A DNA stretch of 64,000 nucleotides from an uncultured Clostridia bacterium (lineage in GTDB: Bacteria; Bacillota; Clostridia; TANB77; CAG-508). A program made the translations under genes and the position numbers. The notes beneath the pieces were generated by a model. The model was not told the origin of the DNA. It saw only the letters and a list, made by a program, of their open reading frames with translations, and did not search any database. The first letter of the stretch is position 1. The number at the start of each line of letters is the position of its first letter. The DNA lies in assembly GCA_944386325.1 (NCBI GenBank), contig CALXAP010000001.1, positions 38,610-102,609 of the forward strand, in the 5' to 3' direction. Positions 1-8,806 of the stretch are shown piece after piece.

Positions 1-1613
1 TAAAGCTTTTTGTATAAATTCTTTAGTTATTATTTTCTTTTTAGCCATCTTAGCCCATGTAGATGATTCTGCAACTATTTGACTTATTTCATTAAATTTT
101 GTAGAAATTTTATCTTTATCATCTGCAAGTCTTGATGCAAATTCTACTATTTTTGCCATTGCTTCTTTATCTAAATCTAAGATTTCAGTATTTTTACAAT
201 AGTTTCCTATAAATTGAGATAGCTTTTGAATATTTTCTTCTGTTTTTGGAGCATCTTCTTCAAATTCTACTTTAACTTTGAATAATTTACTAAAGTCTTC
301 ATCTAGAGAAAGAAGAGTATAGTACATATTTGCATCTCCGATTAAAATTACTTTAACATTTAAAGGTATTGCTTCAGGTTTTAATGAAACTAAAACCATT
401 GAAGACCTCTGGTCAACAGAATTTTCTATATTTAAAAGTTTAACACTTAATGCTTTTTTTAGAGCTTCATAGCAACCTGGATTTGCAATTAAGTCTTTTG
501 CTTGAAATATTATATAACCTCCATTTGCTTTATGAAGTAGACCAGGTTTTAACATTGTATAATCAGTTTTTAAGGCTCCGAATTGATTTTCATATTCTAA
601 TTTTCCAAAAATGTTATTATATGAGTAATTTGTATCCATTATTACAGGAGCCCCTTCTAAATTACTGTTATCAATAAATAAGTTAACTTTATAATTGTTC
701 CATGGTGCTTTATTTTCTGTTTTTGACATATTAATATTTCTAGTATTTTTTTCACCTGCATCATCTTGAGTAAAGTATGAAATGTTTTTTAAAATATCTT
801 TTTTTATATTTTCTAAAAATTTATTTATTTTTTTATTTCTTTTAAAAATATTTTTAACAGTATTTATGTGAAGATTTATTGTTAGTAAAGCTATGTTAGA
901 TTGCCATTCATCAATTTTCTTGTCTGCTTCTTTTTCAATTGCTTTTATTTCATTTATAGCTTCATAAATTTGTTGTTGTACAATATTGGATTTATCCTCA
1001 AATTCTTTTCTAATAGATTCATCTAAATTATTGAATTCTTCTTCTTCAATAGTTTTTCCATTAAGAACAGGCATCATATATATACCATTTTGAGCTGTTT
1101 TAACTTGAAAACCATGTTTTATTGATTTTTCATTTAGTTTTTCCAATAATAAGTCTCTTTTTGATTCAAATTCTTGTCTTATTAATTGTTTTTCTTTTTC
1201 AAAATCTTCATTATCAAATGTTCTTTTTATATCTAATCGCACATCTTTAATAAAATCATCCATTGTTTTTTTAAACAATTTACCTTGTCCGGCAGGAAAG
1301 GAAATAGCAATAGGTTCATTAGGATCATCAAAATTGTAAATATAGCACCAGTCATTAGGAGTTTTTTTCTTTTTAGAAATAGTTTCTAAGTAATTTTTTG
1401 TGTACATAGTTTTTCCTACACCAGTTGGTCCTTCAACAAATATGTTATATCCTTTTACTTCAACTTGTACTCCAAATTGTAAAGCATTTATTCCTCTATC
1501 TTGTCCATATATAGTATTGTATTCTTTTATATCTGCTGTAGTATCAAAATGAAATATATTTGGGTTACAGATATCTTTTAAATCTTTGTAATTCAATTCT
1601 AGTGAATTTTTCA
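1..1613 (-). CDS. Lon-family ATP-dependent protease (LonC-like), N-terminal ~537 aa; C-terminus lies beyond window edge
   Basis: Manual translation of the reverse strand from ATG (rc) at 1613 gives MKNSLELNYKDLKD... with Walker A GPTGVGKT near residue 62 and a long helical insert typical of Lon-like AAA+ proteins. RBS AAGGAGGAAAA precedes the start. Not in the ORF track because no stop falls inside the window. Confidence 0.55.
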
Positions 1614-1636
1614 TTAGTTTTCCTCCTTAAATTTAT

Positions 1637-2092
1637 TTATATATTGTTAAAGTTTAGAGTCATAATAATTGCATTTTGATCTAAACCATAATAATTTTTT
1701 CGTAAGCCTACTTTTTCAAAACCATATTTTAAATATAGATTAATTGCTGGTATATTTTTATCATTTACTTCTAATGTTATAGATTGTATATTTTTAATAT
1801 TTCTTCCTATTTTTATAAGATGTTCCAATATTATACTTCCTATACCTAATTTTCTAAAATTTTTTCTTACAACGATATTTGTAATGTGAATATCATCAAC
1901 CGATTTCCATATACCACCAAAAGCAACTATATTATTTTCTAGTTTAGCTACAATATAGTAAGAATTTTCATTTTCTAGTTCTTCTTTAAAAACATTATAG
2001 TTCCAAAAATCGTCAAATTCATCTTGTAGTACAGATTTTATTGAGTCTAAATCATCAATAGACATCTTATCTATAATAATATTATTTTTCAT
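1637..2092 (-). CDS. rimI: GNAT N-acetyltransferase, RimI-like ribosomal-protein-alanine acetyltransferase
   Basis: About 151 aa with GNAT fold motifs (VRKNFRKLGIGS). Conserved tsaE-tsaB-rimI order. Start taken as MKNNIII overlapping the tsaB stop. Confidence 0.7.
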   Translation of the reverse strand: MKNNIIIDKMSIDDLDSIKSVLQDEFDDFWNYNVFKEELENENSYYIVAKLENNIVAFGGIWKSVDDIHITNIVVRKNFRKLGIGSIILEHLIKIGRNIKNIQSITLEVNDKNIPAINLYLKYGFEKVGLRKNYYGLDQNAIIMTLNFNNI

Positions 2093-2768
2093 TTTTTTCA
2101 AGCATCCTCTCAGCTTGAGATTTTCTAAGATATATAGGCAATAATTCATCTGCATTGCAATATTCTTTTTTTTCTATTTTTTTCCTAGATGCTACTAATA
2201 CTTTAGAAGATAGCAAATCATTTTGCTCATGAAAAATAGCTTTAGACGACAATTTTTCTATAATCTTTTCTTTATTTACTATAGCACCATTTCCAACAAA
2301 AGTTATTTTATTATCTAAATTAGATAAATAGTTTAAAGCCTCATCAATATGTTCTGCTTTTAAATCTTGTATTGGTAAATGATTTTTATCAAATGTACAA
2401 TAATATATGTTTTCATTTCTTGCATCTATCATACTACAAATTAATCCATCAGAAATATTTACATTATATGAAAGTGCTTGTAAAGAAGAGATAGGGGCAA
2501 TAGGTATATTATGTACTTCTGAAATAGCTTTTATTGTAGCTATTCCTATTCTAATTCCAGTAAAAGAACCTGGTCCAACATCACAAGCTAAATAATTAAT
2601 ATCTTTTAATGAATAATTTGTAGTTTTTAATAATTTATCTATTAGTGGCATTAAATTTTCAGAGTGTGTTTTAGCATCATGAATACTTAATTCTTTAAGA
2701 ATTGTATTTTCATTTCCAAGACTCACTGAACATATATTAGTTGATGTACTTATACTAAGAATTACCAT
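2082..2768 (-). CDS. tsaB: tRNA threonylcarbamoyladenosine biosynthesis protein TsaB (YeaZ)
   Basis: 228 aa in the YeaZ/Kae1 inactive-paralog family. It overlaps tsaE and rimI in the conserved operon order. Confidence 0.75.
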   Translation of the reverse strand: MVILSISTSTNICSVSLGNENTILKELSIHDAKTHSENLMPLIDKLLKTTNYSLKDINYLACDVGPGSFTGIRIGIATIKAISEVHNIPIAPISSLQALSYNVNISDGLICSMIDARNENIYYCTFDKNHLPIQDLKAEHIDEALNYLSNLDNKITFVGNGAIVNKEKIIEKLSSKAIFHEQNDLLSSKVLVASRKKIEKKEYCNADELLPIYLRKSQAERMLEKNEK

Positions 2769-3228
2769 TTAAAACTACCTCCATTATATTTTTGAATCTA
2801 TCACTATTTGCATAAATGTTTAAAATTCTCTTATCTAGGTTATTAGGATCTCTTTCAAAAGTTATTTTTAAATAATTTTTAGGTAGAATACTTTCTATTA
2901 ATTCACCCCATTCAATAATGCATATACCATTATCAAAATATTCGTCTCCACCTAATGCGTAAAACTCGTCTATATCAGCTAATCTATATACATCAAAATG
3001 ATAGATATTTGTATTATTAGGTGCATTATATTCATTTACAATAGTAAATGTTGGGCTTGAAATTTCTGTATCAAGTGAGAAAAATTTAAGTATTCCTTGA
3101 GTGAATTTTGTTTTTCCAGAACCTAAATCACCACTTAATATTATAATATCACCATTTTGTAAATAATTGGCTAATTTACAAGCAAAATTAATTGTATCAT
3201 TTTCATTTTGCGAAATATATTTAAACAT
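2755..3228 (-). CDS. tsaE: tRNA threonylcarbamoyladenosine biosynthesis ATPase TsaE (YjeE)
   Basis: 157 aa with P-loop GDLGSGKT. First gene of the tsaE-tsaB-rimI cluster. Confidence 0.75.
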   Translation of the reverse strand: MFKYISQNENDTINFACKLANYLQNGDIIILSGDLGSGKTKFTQGILKFFSLDTEISSPTFTIVNEYNAPNNTNIYHFDVYRLADIDEFYALGGDEYFDNGICIIEWGELIESILPKNYLKITFERDPNNLDKRILNIYANSDRFKNIMEVVLNGNS

Positions 3229-3609
3229 ATAAAAACCTCACAGTAATCATTTAATATTATTGATAAAATCTAAAGTTAATTTTATATTAGTACTAATTAT
3301 TTGTAAATATATTTTGATAAAAAATCAGGGAAATTTACATTATTCTTTTAAGAATAATACAAGAGTTTAATTTGAAATTACCAAAAATAAATATATTATT
3401 TTATCGGTCTCACATGCTCCGTAAGTATGAGCTTACGATGTACAACTACCTCGACTGTCCAAAATAATATATTTATTTTTTCAGTTATAATCCTTCAGGT
3501 ATATTTATACAATTTAAAAAAATATAGCTGTAGAAATGTAGGGTCGAACAGTGTTCTCCCGAACTTCGAAGAAATTGCTTAAAAAGAGTAAAATATAAAA
3601 CTTAATTAA

Positions 3610-3628
3610 TTATAAGTAATACTTATAA
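3610..3628. promoter_or_regulatory. perfect 19-bp palindrome TTATAAGTAATACTTATAA (candidate operator) upstream of promoter
   Basis: Perfect inverted repeat read directly from the sequence. An identical copy lies at 4178-4196 upstream of the paralogous gene. Confidence 0.45.
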
Positions 3629-3648
3629 TTGCAATAAGTATAAATGAT

Positions 3649-3677
3649 TTGATATTTACATAAAAATGAGGTATAAT
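3649..3677 (+). promoter_or_regulatory. sigma-A-type promoter TTGATA-17-TATAAT
   Basis: -35 TTGATA at 3649-3654, 17-nt spacer, -10 TATAAT at 3672-3677, about 50 nt upstream of the 3728 start. Confidence 0.5.
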
Positions 3678-3727
3678 ATATTTAGTGATTAACTTAAGAG
3701 TGTTACATTATAAAGGAGTGTTTATTT

Positions 3728-4117
3728 ATGAAAAAGAAAATGTTGTATGAATATCAGAAAAAAATAAACGAATTAATTCAAAAATTTGAGGAAATTGATA
3801 TAATACATGATTACCGGGATGGATACCGGTATTTAGGATATTCATATGATAAAAAAACTTCGTACAAGTTGGCTATTCGAACTGGAATTTATGAAGAAAA
3901 AGTATTCACGTGTATTTCCGATGGATTAGTAAGAAGATTGCTATATATATATGAGGTTGAGGATATACTAACCGTCATTCTCGTAACAGAAGATATTTTT
4001 AGAATTATGAAAGAGAATGATTCAGATGAATTATTTGTGCTTTTGTACGAGGTGTTGATAGAAACATTATACGAAGCGTTATATACAATTGATGAAGAAT
4101 TGGAATTAATGCAGTGA
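3728..4117 (+). CDS. hypothetical small protein (129 aa), paralog family with YRDGYR motif; two CGG Arg codons
   Basis: ORF with RBS AAAGGAG 9 nt upstream and a rho-independent terminator at 4125-4160. No recognisable domain. The motif DIIHDYRDGYRYL is shared with the C-terminus of the 11070 gene. Confidence 0.6.
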   Translation: MKKKMLYEYQKKINELIQKFEEIDIIHDYRDGYRYLGYSYDKKTSYKLAIRTGIYEEKVFTCISDGLVRRLLYIYEVEDILTVILVTEDIFRIMKENDSDELFVLLYEVLIETLYEALYTIDEELELMQ

Positions 4118-4177
4118 AAACACTCATCCCTCTGACCATAATAGGTTGGAGGGTTTTTTTATTTAAAAATTTATTAT

Positions 4178-4196
4178 TATAAGTAATACTTATAAT
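4178..4196. promoter_or_regulatory. second copy of palindrome TTATAAGTAATACTTATAA
   Basis: Identical 19-bp palindrome to the one at 3610-3628. Confidence 0.45.
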
Positions 4197-4215
4197 AATA
4201 ATAAGTATAAGCAAC

Positions 4216-4244
4216 TTGATGTTTACATAAAAATAAGATATAAT
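4216..4244 (+). promoter_or_regulatory. sigma-A-type promoter TTGATG-17-TATAAT (paralog of the 3649 promoter)
   Basis: Near-identical to the 3649-3677 promoter block. 17-nt spacer. Confidence 0.5.
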
Positions 4245-4288
4245 ATAGTTAGTGATTAATTTATAATAATAATTAAGGAGTGAAAGTT

Positions 4289-4720
4289 ATGATTCATTTA
4301 ACAAAAAATAATGCAGTTCCTTTTTTAAGAGAACGGTTAGAAAGGCTGATTTTGGTGACTCACCTCCAGGGAGATTCCTATGATAGGGATCTAACAATGA
4401 TAATGGGTAAAAGAAAAAGACCGCTTGAAGATAATGCGTTCTTTATGACGTTGGATGAGTATAAGGAACATATTATAATTAGAAGAAAGTGGAATTATGA
4501 AGGAGGGAAAATTGTAGCAAAAAACGTCTTTAATACATTTGAAGACGATGATAATGAACCATTCTCTGAAAAGGGGATATTACGTGCTATAAATGAAATA
4601 ATTCATTTTTTGAATTTGACTACTAAGTTAAAAGTAGTCAAAATTGAAGATATTTTGCTTGACTCAGTGTTTTATACGTTAAATAGAGTTGAGCAATCAT
4701 TAAAAGTAAGAAAAAGTTAA
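4289..4720 (+). CDS. hypothetical small protein (143 aa), distant paralog of the 3728 gene
   Basis: RBS AAGGAG 8 nt upstream of ATG 4289 (the track's GTG at 4280 sits inside the RBS). Terminator at 4730-4770. Shares an H-x3-D-[SG]-Y motif and the duplicated upstream region with the 3728 gene. Confidence 0.6.
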   Translation: MIHLTKNNAVPFLRERLERLILVTHLQGDSYDRDLTMIMGKRKRPLEDNAFFMTLDEYKEHIIIRRKWNYEGGKIVAKNVFNTFEDDDNEPFSEKGILRAINEIIHFLNLTTKLKVVKIEDILLDSVFYTLNRVEQSLKVRKS

Positions 4721-4819
4721 TCACTCACACCCCTAGCTAGAATTAGCTGGGGGATTTCTTTTTGCCTAAAAAATAGTATATAAAATAAACAATTGCAAAA
4801 AATAAAATTGGTGGTTAAT

Positions 4820-5077
4820 ATGAAAATTTCATGTATTAAATCAAATAAAGATAAAAAAAGTTTTAAATTTGCAGAATTGTTAGGAATAGATGTATATAGT
4901 ATTGAAAGATTAGACGATGTAGATAATGTTTTAGATGAACTTGTAAATAACAAATGTAAGACTATTTTCATTTCAAATGAATTAGCAGGCTTTTCACAAA
5001 AAATTATGAAGGAATACTATAATGATAAAGATGTAAATATTATTATATCTAAAAGTAAAAGAATATATGATGATTAA
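4820..5077 (+). CDS. small protein resembling V-type ATPase subunit F fold (ATP-synt_F-like), co-transcribed with yyaC
   Basis: About 85 aa starting MKISCIKS with RBS GGTGG. Hydrophobic/Gly pattern matches the ATP-synt_F family (recalled from memory). Immediately upstream of yyaC. Confidence 0.4.
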   Translation: MKISCIKSNKDKKSFKFAELLGIDVYSIERLDDVDNVLDELVNNKCKTIFISNELAGFSQKIMKEYYNDKDVNIIISKSKRIYDD

Positions 5078-5109
5078 TATGCATATACTTTAACAAATGG
5101 AGGAGGTAT

Positions 5110-5655
5110 ATGGCAGGAGAAAATAGTTTATATAATAATTTTGTAGAAGATTTTGCTAGAGTAATATGTCAGCAAACTGCAGGGAAAGAGTATTCTAATA
5201 TAATTTTTTTGTGTATAGGAACAGATAGAATAACAGGTGATACATTTGGACCTTTAGTTGGATATAAATTAGATATATTATTTAGAGATACTAATAGAAT
5301 TAATGTAATAGGAAATTTATCAGAACCTGTATGCTGTAATAATATAGATAGTGTTTTAAATAATATAAATGAACAATTTAGAAATCCTTTTATTGTAGCT
5401 ATAGATTCAGCTTTATCTATAGTGTCTGATAATATTGGGAGAATAACAGTATCTGATGGAGGGCTATGTATAGGTAGTGGTCTTGATAAAAATAATGTAC
5501 ATATTGGTGACATGAATATTAAAGGTATAGTAGGAAGAGATACAAGAAAACCTATACAGAATTTTAGAATATTACAAAATACTTCATTAAATTTGGTTAT
5601 GAGATTGGCAGATACTGTTTCAAAAGGAATATATCGTACAATAAATTTTAAATAA
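5110..5655 (+). CDS. yyaC: sporulation protein YyaC (GPR-like spore protease family)
   Basis: 181 aa with CIGTDRITGDTFGPLVG, the hallmark motif of the YyaC/DUF1256 family. RBS GGAGG. Confidence 0.7.
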   Translation: MAGENSLYNNFVEDFARVICQQTAGKEYSNIIFLCIGTDRITGDTFGPLVGYKLDILFRDTNRINVIGNLSEPVCCNNIDSVLNNINEQFRNPFIVAIDSALSIVSDNIGRITVSDGGLCIGSGLDKNNVHIGDMNIKGIVGRDTRKPIQNFRILQNTSLNLVMRLADTVSKGIYRTINFK

Positions 5656-5723
5656 TTGAATAAGATTATATTTTCTGGAAAAGCTTTATATATAATTAAT
5701 GTAACATTTTCCAGGAGGTATTT

Positions 5724-6053
5724 ATGGAAATTAGTAATCTAAGAAATATGGTAATATTAAAAAATTTACCATCTAATATAGTGGAAGAAGCTATTGTTGT
5801 ATTAAAAGAGAATCAGATAATAAAGAAAAAAGAGTATATAGACAATGGTAAGAAGAGTTCAGAAATTCAAAAAGATGATAGAGAGTATATAGTTAATGAG
5901 GCTAGATTAGTTATATCTGATTGTATAAATAATTTAGAAAAAAAGAATAAAAAGCCAGATAATCAAATTCAAAAAAAGTATAAAAGAATCCAATATATAA
6001 ATTATGCATTGATTGGTGTATGTTTTTTACAATTTATAATTTGGCTTATATAG
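5724..6053 (+). CDS. hypothetical protein with C-terminal transmembrane helix
   Basis: 109-aa ORF with RBS AGGAGG. Lys-rich with a hydrophobic C-terminal segment. Followed by a bidirectional terminator. Confidence 0.45.
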   Translation: MEISNLRNMVILKNLPSNIVEEAIVVLKENQIIKKKEYIDNGKKSSEIQKDDREYIVNEARLVISDCINNLEKKNKKPDNQIQKKYKRIQYINYALIGVCFLQFIIWLI

Positions 6054-6054
6054 A

Positions 6055-6110
6055 TATTAAAAAAATGTAAATAATAAATTTTATATTTTATTATTTACAT
6101 TTTTTTTTGA
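6055..6110. terminator. bidirectional rho-independent terminator
   Basis: Long AT-rich hairpin AAAAAAATGTAAATAATAAA / TTTATTATTTACATTTTTTT between convergent genes. Confidence 0.5.
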
Positions 6111-6133
6111 AAATTAAGATATTAAATTAAATA

Positions 6134-7558
6134 CTAAGCTGCTGTTGTCGTTGGTGTTGTGACATTTTTGGTATTTCTTGTTTTGTAAAATGCAAAGATT
6201 GCTACTAGAACTGCAACAACTGATATACAAGCTGATGCTATAAATGAAACATTTATACCATGTATTAAAGCAAATTGTGCTCCTTGATCTGCAACTGCAC
6301 TTGTTGCACTAGATTGTATAGTAACAAATATTGCAGTACCTATAGAACCTGCAACTTGCCTTAAAGTATTGTTTGAGGCTGTTGCATCTGGAATTGATTT
6401 GTTTGCTACAGAGTTTAATCCCCAAGTTGTAATTGGCATTAAAGCCATAGAAACTCCAAACATACGTATTGCATAAATTATGCAAATATATACAATTGAT
6501 GTATCTGGTCCTAGTTGCATTAATGCAAATGTTGATAATGCCATTATTGATAATCCTGTAATTACTAATTTTTGTGGTTCATATTTATCAAATAATCTTC
6601 CTGTTATAGGACTCATAACACCCATTATGATTGCACCTGGTAATAATAATAATCCAGATTCAATTGCAGAAAATCCTCTTCCTGTTTGCATATATATTGG
6701 TAATAACATTTCTGTTGCAATCATAGATGAAAATACAATCATAGATACTAAGCATGAATATACAAATACTTTGTTTTTAAATACTCTAAGATTTAATAAA
6801 GGTTTTTCTAATTTTAATTGTCTTATTACAAATAGAACTAGAATGATAGCACCAATTAATATACTACCTATTATTAACATATTAGCCCATCCTGTAGAAC
6901 CAGCTTCGCTGAATCCATACAATAATAATGTAAATCCTAAAGTTGATAATATTACAGAAGGAATATCTAATTTATGTTCTTCTTTTTCGCCAACATTTAT
7001 TAAGCTGAAATATGCAAATATGATATCTATTATTGCAATAGGTATTATTAAATAGAATAATGCATGCCAACTAAAAGCATCTGTTATAACTCCTGAAAGA
7101 GTAGGCCCAATAGCTGGAGCAAATGCAATTATTATACCAACAGTTCCCATTGCACTACCTCTATTTTCTTTAGGGAAAATGTCTATTAATGTGTTCATTG
7201 TAAGTGGCATTAATATACCTGCACCTGCAGCTTGGAACACTCTAGCTATAAGTAAAAATGTAAAATTAGGTGAAATAGCTGCAATTATTGTACCAACTGT
7301 AAATATTGACATAGATGCAATATACAATTGTCTAGTTGTAAATCTGTTAATTAGATATGCAGAAATAGGTATCATGATAGCATTTGTTAGCATAAAGATA
7401 GTAGTTAACCATTGAGCTACATTTGTCTCGATATTAAAATCTTCCATTATTTTAGGGACTGCTGCTGATAGTAAAGTTTGATTTAAAATTGCAACAAAAG
7501 TACCTACTAACATAACAGCAATAAGCATAATTTTTTTCTTATCTTTTACTCCTCCCAT
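6134..7558 (-). CDS. MFS transporter, DHA2 (14-TMS) drug:H+ antiporter family
   Basis: 474 aa with about 14 hydrophobic segments and EmrB/QacA-like motifs. RBS GGAGG on the reverse strand. Confidence 0.8.
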   Translation of the reverse strand: MGGVKDKKKIMLIAVMLVGTFVAILNQTLLSAAVPKIMEDFNIETNVAQWLTTIFMLTNAIMIPISAYLINRFTTRQLYIASMSIFTVGTIIAAISPNFTFLLIARVFQAAGAGILMPLTMNTLIDIFPKENRGSAMGTVGIIIAFAPAIGPTLSGVITDAFSWHALFYLIIPIAIIDIIFAYFSLINVGEKEEHKLDIPSVILSTLGFTLLLYGFSEAGSTGWANMLIIGSILIGAIILVLFVIRQLKLEKPLLNLRVFKNKVFVYSCLVSMIVFSSMIATEMLLPIYMQTGRGFSAIESGLLLLPGAIIMGVMSPITGRLFDKYEPQKLVITGLSIMALSTFALMQLGPDTSIVYICIIYAIRMFGVSMALMPITTWGLNSVANKSIPDATASNNTLRQVAGSIGTAIFVTIQSSATSAVADQGAQFALIHGINVSFIASACISVVAVLVAIFAFYKTRNTKNVTTPTTTAA

Positions 7559-7706
7559 TATAAAATCCTCCTCTCAAAAAAACATTTTTATTTATTAGCA
7601 ACCTAACTATTATACAATACCATTTTTTAATTGTCAATATAATTAGACACCTAAATAATAATTTTTTATTTTATATATTTAATTAATCAAAAATTTAATG
7701 TATTTT

Positions 7707-7822
7707 TTATTTGTAACTCCCAGCGTCGCACAGTCTGTAAAATAAAAGAGAAAGTAATAAAAAATTATCTAAACAGACTGTAAGCTTGCTGGTCCCCACG
7801 AATTGTTACTTCATAAAAAGTA
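7707..7822. repeat. structured intergenic repeat element, copy 1 (with 31-nt apical insertion)
   Basis: TTTATTTGTAACTCCCAGCGTCGCACAGTCTGT...ACAGACTGTAAGCTTGCTGGTCCCCACGAATTGTTACTTCATAAAAAGTA. Near-identical to 30737-30823 apart from an insertion in the loop. Nested inverted repeats ACAGTCTGT/ACAGACTGT and CCAGC/GCTGG. Confidence 0.6.
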
Positions 7823-7933
7823 CATTAAATTTTTTTAAATATATACAATTAGAAATTGAAATACATGTATCATAAAAAATTTTTTATAACATATATTAGC
7901 AATATAGATTACGAAGGAAGAGGTGTTATTATT

Positions 7934-8800
7934 ATGGTAGATAAAGCAGCAAATTATGAAGAAAGAATTAGAAGGGCAGAAGAAATATATAATAGAAGGC
8001 GAAACAATATAAGAACAAATGATTATGCAACTTTAAATATATCAGGGAAAAAGGATATTAAATTATTTAAGAGAATGTTTATACAAATTATAATTTGTTT
8101 AGCAATTTATTTTGGAGTTTATATTATACAAAATAATAATTATATATTTTCAGAGAGCTTTATAAGTAAAACAAAAGAGATATTATCATATGATATTAAT
8201 GTTAGTAATTTAACAGAGGGGGTATTACAGTACATAAATAATATAAAAGATGTGCAATCAATGATTCCAGAGCAGTACAGAGAAAAAGATGAAATAAAAA
8301 TTGATAGTACATTAAATAATCAAGCTTTACTGTTAATTGAAGAACCACTTTATACTAATGAAGCGAGTAGTCTAAGTCAAGTTGAGGAAGATGCAAAATT
8401 TATAAAAGAAAACTATTCTCTTATAAAACCTGTAGAAGGAGTTGTAAGTTCAGGTTTTGGTTCTAGAAATCCTACAACACCAACTGTTCCTAAATATCAT
8501 ACAGGTATAGATATTGCAAATGTTATTGGAACAAAAATAATTGCTGCTATGGAGGGAGAAGTGACTCAAGTATCATCAACAGGAGCATATGGAAATCATT
8601 TGAGAATAAAAAACGGAGAAATTGTTACTTTGTATGCACATTGTAGCAAGATATATGTTAAAGAGGGGGATAAAATAAGTCAGGGACAAGAAATAGCCGA
8701 AGTGGGGGATACAGGAAATGTAACAGGTCCACATTTACATTTCGAAATAAGGAGAAATAATGAATTTGTTGATCCAGCTTATGTAATTGATTTTGAATAA
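7934..8800 (+). CDS. M23 family (LytM-domain) peptidase, SpoIVFA-like position upstream of an M50 protease
   Basis: LytM motifs HTGIDIA and HLHFEI. N-terminal TM segment. RBS GGAAGAGGTG 8 nt upstream of ATG 7934. Confidence 0.7.
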   Translation: MVDKAANYEERIRRAEEIYNRRRNNIRTNDYATLNISGKKDIKLFKRMFIQIIICLAIYFGVYIIQNNNYIFSESFISKTKEILSYDINVSNLTEGVLQYINNIKDVQSMIPEQYREKDEIKIDSTLNNQALLLIEEPLYTNEASSLSQVEEDAKFIKENYSLIKPVEGVVSSGFGSRNPTTPTVPKYHTGIDIANVIGTKIIAAMEGEVTQVSSTGAYGNHLRIKNGEIVTLYAHCSKIYVKEGDKISQGQEIAEVGDTGNVTGPHLHFEIRRNNEFVDPAYVIDFE

Positions 8801-8806
8801 GATAGG

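Noticed and set aside
450-677. 75-aa plus-strand ORF
   Set aside because: Antisense to the Lon-like protease coding sequence.
6480-7415. Plus-strand ORFs 6480-7055 and 7179-7415
   Set aside because: Antisense to the well-supported MFS transporter gene. Composition artefact, no RBS.
7856-7933. Track start codons lying inside RBS sequences (7856 M23 peptidase, 4280, 14241, 32185, 45768, 54122)
   Set aside because: These ATG, GTG or TTG triplets coincide with or directly abut the Shine-Dalgarno sequence. Downstream ATGs with proper 5-10 nt spacing were preferred.
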